Both the position numbers and the translations under genes were made by a program. A stretch of 64,000 nucleotides of DNA from Akkermansia muciniphila (GTDB lineage Bacteria; Verrucomicrobiota; Kiritimatiellia; RFP12; JAAYNR01): positions 72,640 to 136,639 of the forward strand of contig CAMBQN010000003.1 of the NCBI GenBank assembly GCA_945870025.1, read 5' to 3'. The notes beneath the pieces were generated by a model that was given only the letters and a program-made list of their open reading frames with translations, was not told the DNA's origin and made no database searches. Positions 58,714 to 64,000 of the stretch are shown here, one piece after another (within the stretch, counting starts at the first letter, position 1; the number at the start of each line of letters is the position of its first letter).

Positions 58714-58856
58714 CCAGCAATTCTAATGATGTAACATCTGTACAGTCGAAATCGAAATCGATAGCGCTATCGGGGTCGAATTCCTTGCTTTCTCGTCGAT
58801 TTCGGTCCCGATCCCGATTTGGATCCCGATAGCGGCTGTCATAATTGGAATTGCTA
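58714..58856. mobile_element. MITE-like element with CAGCAATTCTAAT inverted ends (copy 3, inverted relative to copy 2)
   Basis: Reverse complement of 55297-55445 with one hexamer unit fewer (143 vs 149 bp) and a few substitutions. Confidence 0.7.
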
Positions 58857-58868
58857 GTAGTGAATGAT

Positions 58869-58971
58869 GGAAGACCCGTCCCTAGCGATCTCCTCGCCCG
58901 TGTTATTCGACCCCGATACCGATACCGACCCCGACCCCGATTCACGCACCCACACACCCACCCACACACGC
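58869..58971. repeat. conserved motif GGAAGACCCGTCCCTAG followed by single CGAT-type and CACAC-type arms
   Basis: GGAAGACCCGTCCCTAGCG (58869-58887), CGACCCCGATACCGATACCGACCCCGACCCCGAT, then CACGCACCCACACACCCACCCACACACGC (58943-58971). There is no adjacent complementary arm. Confidence 0.7.
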
Positions 58972-59005
58972 ATCCCCGTGGGCATTCGTCATGATCTGCG
59001 GCGCG

Positions 59006-59240
59006 GCGGGGACGCCGCTGCCCTACCCGCTTCGCGCTTTCTCTGATTCATTGCGCGAAGCGCCTTTCAGTTTTCAGCTTTTCAGTTTTCAGCTTTTCTC
59101 TTCAGCGGGGACGCCGCTGCCCTACCGGCTTCGCGCATTCCCTTATTCATTGCGCGCAGCGCCTTTCAGTTTTCAGCTTTTCAGTTTTCAGCTTTTCTCT
59201 TCGGCGGGGACGCCACTGCCCTACCCGCTTCGCGCCGTTC
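59006..59240. repeat. 99-bp tandem repeat, about 2.4 copies
   Basis: Unit GCGGGGACGCCGCTGCCCTACC-GCTTCGCGC...GCGCGAAGC-GCCTTTCAGTTTTCAGCTTTTCAGTTTTCAGCTTTTCTCTTC starts at 59006, 59105 and 59204. The block is flanked by GGGCATTCGTC at 58979 and 59245. Confidence 0.85.
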
Positions 59241-59259
59241 CTATGGGCATTCGTCTTGT

Positions 59260-60066
59260 CTATTTCGTTGGCGCTGTTTCCCCGGGCGCTGTTTCCCTGT
59301 CCCCTTCAAGCGTGAGAAAATAGGCATAGTCGATTGCGAACTGCAGACCCTTCCCATCGAACCCGGCCGGCGTGACGACCACGCGGTTGGTCCGGGCGGG
59401 TTCGCCCGCGGCGGCAATAACGGGTTCGGCGAGCACGAAGGGGCGGGTATTAACGCGATGCACCTGCCAGATGCGGTCAAACTCGCGGCGGGCGGAGTCC
59501 CACGCCTTCAGCGCGATGAAACGCCGTATCAGCCAGTTGTCGCGATGGCTGCCGGGACCCACGGTAAAGGGTGCCAGCGGCTGCGAATAGCGGCCATATC
59601 CATCCGCTTCGCCGGATGACACGGGCGGCTCAACGCAATAACCCCCGCCTTCTGCGGTGGCGATCCCGGATGCGGCTTCGTTGTAGCAGGCGAGAGCCTC
59701 TGCGTTTCGCGCCAGGGCCAGGCACAAATCGCCTTCGATGAGTTTCACGCGGTAGGCGGGGATTCCAATGGCAGGGTCGGTCAGCAGCGGGAGAAATTCC
59801 GCGGCCTTGAGCCGGGCGACGCGGGCGGCCATGTGCTCCGCGCCCGGCACCGCGAGAAACCGGCGAAACGCATCGACTTCCTTTCCCTCATCCAAGAGCC
59901 GGCGTCCTTCTGTGAACGCATCATCGGCTCCCGCCGACAGTACGATCAGCCCTGCGGCCATCAGGATCGGGGCCACGCGAATGACACACGGCGACATCGG
60001 ATTGTTACACATGGCAAAAGGCCTCCTTCTCATGTTTGTCATGAGCCCATTGTCGCCGAAATACAC
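59260..60066 (-). CDS. hypothetical exported protein
   Basis: 268-aa ORF with an internal signal-like APILMAAGLIVLSAGA. No recognisable family. The true start is probably downstream (e.g. MCNNPMS, near 60009). Confidence 0.4.
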   Translation of the reverse strand: MYFGDNGLMTNMRRRPFAMCNNPMSPCVIRVAPILMAAGLIVLSAGADDAFTEGRRLLDEGKEVDAFRRFLAVPGAEHMAARVARLKAAEFLPLLTDPAIGIPAYRVKLIEGDLCLALARNAEALACYNEAASGIATAEGGGYCVEPPVSSGEADGYGRYSQPLAPFTVGPGSHRDNWLIRRFIALKAWDSARREFDRIWQVHRVNTRPFVLAEPVIAAAGEPARTNRVVVTPAGFDGKGLQFAIDYAYFLTLEGDRETAPGETAPTK

Positions 60067-60149
60067 ACCCGCAGTGTCAGATTGATGTAAAATAGGTGTA
60101 ATAAATGAGGCAACGAGAAAAGCCCTGTTCCTAAGCGACCTGCTATTTT

Positions 60150-61484
60150 TTACGCACGCACCGGCAACGGAAACTTGGAAGCGAGATAAAGCGGATAATA
60201 GTGGCGCGCGAGGTTCCTGTCGCTTCCGGCGTTGCGCCCGCTGAACACCGCGCTGAAAGCGGGTTTGTACTTGTCCGCAAAGGATCTCAGGCTTTTGGCC
60301 TGTGTCACCCAGCCCGACTTGACTTCAACCGGGACAACGGCGCCGTCCACATCCGTGATGAATTCCACTTCCGCCGCGCCTTCCCTCCAGCACGCCAGGT
60401 TGGTCCTGTTCCCGGCGCGGAACGTCTGAGCCACAACGTTCTCCGCATAGTAACCCTTATAGGTTCCGAAATCATAGTCGAGCAGGGCTTTTGCCGGCAG
60501 ACGGCTTAGCGCGCCGAGGATCCCCACATCAAACACGAACAGCTTGAACGCGTTCTCCTTCGTGTAGGCGGAAAAGGGCAGTTGGCCGCAATTGGCGATG
60601 GGAAGACGAATCACGAGTCCCGACGCTTCCAGCCAGTCGATCACCCCCGACATCCGCTCATAGCCCTTGATGCCGGGAAGGACATCCTTGAAGACGAACT
60701 TCTGCGCGGCGCCGCTCTGATCGCGGCCGATCTGCGCCGGGACACTGCGCCACAGGCGTTCGAGATGCATCGCGTTCTGCTTGCCGCAATGCTTCGCCAT
60801 ATCCGCAATGTAATCGGATATCAAGCGGGTCTGGATGCTTCTGACATCCTGAAAAGCGGCGTACGGATCCTCGCGTTTCATCAAGAACGCGGCGACCACT
60901 TCCGGCAAACCTCCCGTCACCAGATAGAGCTTGAACTCATCCCACAGCCTCTGGTGCAACGCCGGCGAAAGGGGGGCAAGCTCGATGATCCCGGCAAAGG
61001 CATCCTGAAGGATCGGGCTCTCCCCCGCCAGAAGAAACTCTTCGAACGTCAGCGGAAACATGTGCATCTCATCGACCTTCCCGACAGGAAACGAGCACTC
61101 CCCAAGATGAACCCCGAGAAGCGAACCTGCCGCGCAGACCGCCAATTCAGGCATCTTCTCCGAAAAGTATTTGAGACTGGTCAACGCGCGGGGACATTGC
61201 TGTATCTCGTCCAGAACGAGCAAATCCGCATGACGGTCAATCGGAGCCTCCAGCATCAGGGAAATATCTCGGATGACGCCCGTCGGACTCAGGTCCCTCG
61301 AAAACACGGACACGAACCGGACCATCTCCTCAAAATTGACATAATGGACCCTGCCGAAACAGGTTCTTCCGAATTCCTTGAGGATAAAGGTCTTTCCAAC
61401 CTGCCGAGCCCCCTGCAAAAGCAGCGGCTTGCGGCCAACGCCATCTTTCCACGCCTTCAGACGATCCAGAACTGTTCTTTTCAT
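60150..61484 (-). CDS. AAA-family ATPase with DUF4143-like C-terminal domain
   Basis: 444 aa. Walker A LLLQGARQVGKTF, Walker B LLVLDEIQ, and the C-terminal region typical of the AAA_14/DUF4143 family. Confidence 0.75.
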   Translation of the reverse strand: MKRTVLDRLKAWKDGVGRKPLLLQGARQVGKTFILKEFGRTCFGRVHYVNFEEMVRFVSVFSRDLSPTGVIRDISLMLEAPIDRHADLLVLDEIQQCPRALTSLKYFSEKMPELAVCAAGSLLGVHLGECSFPVGKVDEMHMFPLTFEEFLLAGESPILQDAFAGIIELAPLSPALHQRLWDEFKLYLVTGGLPEVVAAFLMKREDPYAAFQDVRSIQTRLISDYIADMAKHCGKQNAMHLERLWRSVPAQIGRDQSGAAQKFVFKDVLPGIKGYERMSGVIDWLEASGLVIRLPIANCGQLPFSAYTKENAFKLFVFDVGILGALSRLPAKALLDYDFGTYKGYYAENVVAQTFRAGNRTNLACWREGAAEVEFITDVDGAVVPVEVKSGWVTQAKSLRSFADKYKPAFSAVFSGRNAGSDRNLARHYYPLYLASKFPLPVRA

Positions 61485-61777
61485 GTGGCAAGAATATCAC
61501 ACTTTGGTGATTTTCTCATAGCACTTTATTTCTACTTAACATGACGTTACGGCGAAAAAACTGGCGAAAAACTGGGGACAGGTAAATAATAGCACTTTCC
61601 CTAGCCCCCGTTCAAACCACGGCAAACTCGTCCCGATTGGCGCCGCCGCAAGGGGCGCCCCTGTTCGGATTGCGCTATTTTCTCGCAAAGCCGCCAAGAT
61701 CGCCCAAGGGATTAGAAATCGTTCCTTTGCGTGCTTTGCGTCTTGGCGAGAGACTCTTTTCAGGAAGGAAATGGAAC

Positions 61778-61995
61778 GGAAGGTCCGTCCCTTGGATTAC
61801 CGCACCGCAGACAGAGAAAGCAGAAAAGGAGAAAACTGAAAACGGAAATGAACGCCCAACATCCAACGTCCAACTCCCAACATCCAACGTCCAACCTACT
61901 CTCACCCACACACCCACACACGCCGCTGATCGGCAAAGGACGGGGCTTCCGTCCACCGCTCCAGAATCCTGCGCCTTTCCTGAAACCTGAAACCT
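61778..61995. repeat. composite element: inverted GGAAGGNCCGTCCCTTG motifs enclosing concatenated single arms of three low-complexity types
   Basis: GGAAGGTCCGTCCCTTGG (61778-61795). AGAGAAAGCAGAAAAGGAGAAAACTGAAAAC (complement of the TTCAG type). AACGCCCAACATCCAACGTCCAACTCCCAACATCCAACGTCCAACC (61851-61896). CACCCACACACCCACACACGC (61903-61923). Inverted motif CAAAGGACGGGGCTTCC (61934-61950). Then CCTGAAACCTGAAACC. Confidence 0.75.
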
Positions 61996-62008
61996 TCTCA
62001 TTTTCTGT

Positions 62009-64000
62009 TCAGACGCCGACCTCCAGGCAGGTGGCTTGCGGATGGCAGGAGGCAGGAGGCAGGCGGGCGAGAAGCGTGCGCAGCGGCGCCTGGGGCGAGA
62101 AGGTGATCGTGAGGGTTGATCCGCAGGCCGGAGCCGAGCCGGCCCCGGCGTCTGATCGTTCAACCGGCCGCGCCTGACGCCCGGTCCCGGACGGCGTTCC
62201 CGCTGTGACCGTGAGGGCGAACACCCATTTCTTCTTGACGGCAGCCGGGGCGAGCGTGGCGCGCCAGACGTCGCCGTCGCGTTGCAGGGAGTGCGGCAGC
62301 CTGAGCGCGTGGAGCCATTCGGAGGCGGTCTGCGCCGTGTCGCGCGGCGCTGCAGAGCTTACGATTTGCCAGGTGGCGCGAACAAAGCGGCCGGGCGTGA
62401 ATGCGGGCGGTACAGGCGCGGGAGGAAAGAGGGAGGTCTCTTGCGCCAGTGCGGCGAGCACGGACGCGGCATCCCAGGCGCGAAAACGGACGAGGGTCTC
62501 CCCGCATGCAATCCCCCGCTCGTCGGCCGCATCGCCGATCGAGAACACCGCTTCATCAACGGCCAGCAGACTGTCGATGAGATCGGGGTGCCGCGTGAGC
62601 AGAATCTGCAGGAGCCGCGCGGACACCCAGCCGGGCGAGCGTCCCGCGAAGTCGGCGGGCAGGCAGGCGCGGCGATAGAAGGGCACGAGGCGGCGTTTGT
62701 CCGCCTCGATCCCTGCCACGGCCGCGATGAGCGCGGGGGGGATGGTCAGCGTGCGGGAGTGGCTAAGGATGGACTGGCGCTCGCTGGCGTCGGCACAGGC
62801 CCCGCACGCGGAGCAGGCCGTGCCGAGGCAATACCCGGCGTCCAGGAAACGGCGGGCCGCATCCCAGCGAGACTCCAGAAACGCATCGGAGACCGCCCGT
62901 TGAATGAAGGGAAAACAGCGAACAGAAGGCACGGGGGCGTGTGGCGCGGGGAGCGCGAGGGCATCGGCCAGGCGATGCGCTTCGGAGTCGCGCCAGGGGC
63001 CGTGATGGGTGAGACCGTCGCACGCGAGGCGAACGACGCGATCCGCGTGATCGTGGGTGCAGGCGGCCAGAAGTTGCGTGGCGAGGTAGTCGGGCCACGC
63101 GAACGCGAAACGGGATTCAAGCTTCGTGCGGCGACAGACCGCCGCGACGCCGTCCACGCAGAAACGCCAGTCTGCCTCGTTGAGGAAGAGGCGATCATGG
63201 ACGAGCGGCGTGTTGGGCATGCGCACCAACCGGCCGAAACTCAGCACGACCCGTGTGCAGGCGGGCGGCGTTTGGATCCAGCCGCTCAGACGCGAACAGA
63301 AGTCGCCGAAGGCGGCCAGATCCGCAGGCGTCTCGTGCGCGGTGAGGATGTAGAACAGCTTGATCTCGCGCGCCCCCCGCTGAAGCAGGGCCTGGATGGC
63401 GGCGGCGATGGCTTCATCGGTGAGGGACTTGCAGAGAAACGCCCGCATCCGGGCGCTGATGCCCTCGATGCCGAGCGTGTAGGAGCCTTTGCCAGCCGCG
63501 CGTTCGAGGTCCACAATCCCGGGGCTGGCGGCAATGCCGTCAGCCCGCTGGCTCTTGAACGAAACCGTGTGGAAGAGCCGCGCGCAACGCTCCACCAGCG
63601 GACCCAACTCCGCGTAGGTATTGAGATTGAAGGCGTCAAGCTCGATGGCGCGCGCGCCGCAGGCGGCCTTGAGACTGCGGGCCTGCGCCAGAACATCGGC
63701 GAGCGGCCACGAACGATAGGGTTTGCGTTCATAGCCCTCAAAACAGAATGAGCAGAAGGCGGCGCAGCCGGCACCCACGGAAAGGCGCGCGGTGCCCGTG
63801 CTTGCATTATCGAGCAGGGGCTGGAGCGAGGCGAGGGGCGGCTTTCCGCGCGCCACGGCCTGCCGAATGGGCGTGGTGGGCACGGCGCCCGTGACCCAGA
63901 AGCCATCCAGCGCGTGGGCGGCACGGGCGAGGCGTTCGTGCTTGGAACCGGAAGCCTCCCGCCAGCGGCGCAGAAAGACAGGCAGGACGTCCTCGGCTTC
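62009..64000 (-). CDS. radical SAM protein, N-terminus beyond window edge
   Basis: CxxxCxxC cluster motif GCAAFCSFC. The frame remains open from the annotated GTG (63883) to nt 64000, so the gene is 5'-truncated by the window. The large C-terminal extension may be DUF2344-like (unverified). Confidence 0.7.
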   Translation of the reverse strand, partial: EAEDVLPVFLRRWREASGSKHERLARAAHALDGFWVTGAVPTTPIRQAVARGKPPLASLQPLLDNASTGTARLSVGAGCAAFCSFCFEGYERKPYRSWPLADVLAQARSLKAACGARAIELDAFNLNTYAELGPLVERCARLFHTVSFKSQRADGIAASPGIVDLERAAGKGSYTLGIEGISARMRAFLCKSLTDEAIAAAIQALLQRGAREIKLFYILTAHETPADLAAFGDFCSRLSGWIQTPPACTRVVLSFGRLVRMPNTPLVHDRLFLNEADWRFCVDGVAAVCRRTKLESRFAFAWPDYLATQLLAACTHDHADRVVRLACDGLTHHGPWRDSEAHRLADALALPAPHAPVPSVRCFPFIQRAVSDAFLESRWDAARRFLDAGYCLGTACSACGACADASERQSILSHSRTLTIPPALIAAVAGIEADKRRLVPFYRRACLPADFAGRSPGWVSARLLQILLTRHPDLIDSLLAVDEAVFSIGDAADERGIACGETLVRFRAWDAASVLAALAQETSLFPPAPVPPAFTPGRFVRATWQIVSSAAPRDTAQTASEWLHALRLPHSLQRDGDVWRATLAPAAVKKKWVFALTVTAGTPSGTGRQARPVERSDAGAGSAPACGSTLTITFSPQAPLRTLLARLPPASCHPQATCLEVGV

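Noticed and set aside
62282-63751. 489-aa plus-strand ORF opposite the radical SAM gene.
   Set aside because: The minus strand contains the CxxxCxxC radical SAM motif and a coherent protein. The plus-strand product is low-complexity and R/G/A-rich.

Overview
GC-rich bacterial chromosomal window. The gene content (PEGA, SHD1, GYF_2, A2M-PBP1C, several glycoside hydrolases) is reminiscent of the PVC superphylum, but the taxon cannot be determined from sequence alone. From left to right the window holds: (1) A type I-C-style CRISPR adaptation module (cas4-cas1-cas2) with an AT-rich leader and a 57-repeat array of 56 spacers. The gene directly upstream of cas4 is not cas7 but a HEAT/zinc-ribbon/nuclease-like gene, and no effector genes are visible. 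(2) Housekeeping genes: GH36 hydrolase, tRNA-His, glnS, and a 3D-domain lipoprotein. (3) A signal-transduction supercluster of about 14.5 kb: a PAS kinase with a NarL-type regulator, a frameshifted REC-HPr-REC gene, a REC-PAS-GAF hybrid kinase, and a Wsp-like cheW-cheR-cheW-mcp-cheA/REC-cheB-Hpt operon. (4) An orphan TadB/C-like, FHA and PEGA trio, msrBA, and two tandem GYF-domain coiled-coil genes. (5) GH115-like hydrolase, tRNA-Leu, and a URO-D-family/CobW pair. (6) A complete F1Fo ATP synthase operon headed by a PtsN-like EIIA gene. (7) A minus-strand padR - alpha-2-macroglobulin - pbpC operon in which the macroglobulin carries a PadR-partner (DUF1700-like) N-terminal module. (8) A repeat-riddled accessory stretch: a C39/SHD1/DUF1570 protein, a PIN/Phd toxin-antitoxin pair, a DUF4143 ATPase, and a radical SAM gene. 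The least conventional signal is a family of intergenic elements. They are built from interchangeable short-period low-complexity arms (CGAT hexamers, GTGTGGGT, CCAAC, TTCAG, GGTTTCAG, CTTACACG) combined with a few conserved motifs (CAGCAATTCTAAT inverted ends; GGAAGGNCCGTCCCTTG). Some copies form long imperfect hairpins. Two copies bracket a 3.3-kb cassette in inverted orientation. All calls rest on reading the sequence and the supplied ORF translations; no database search was possible.
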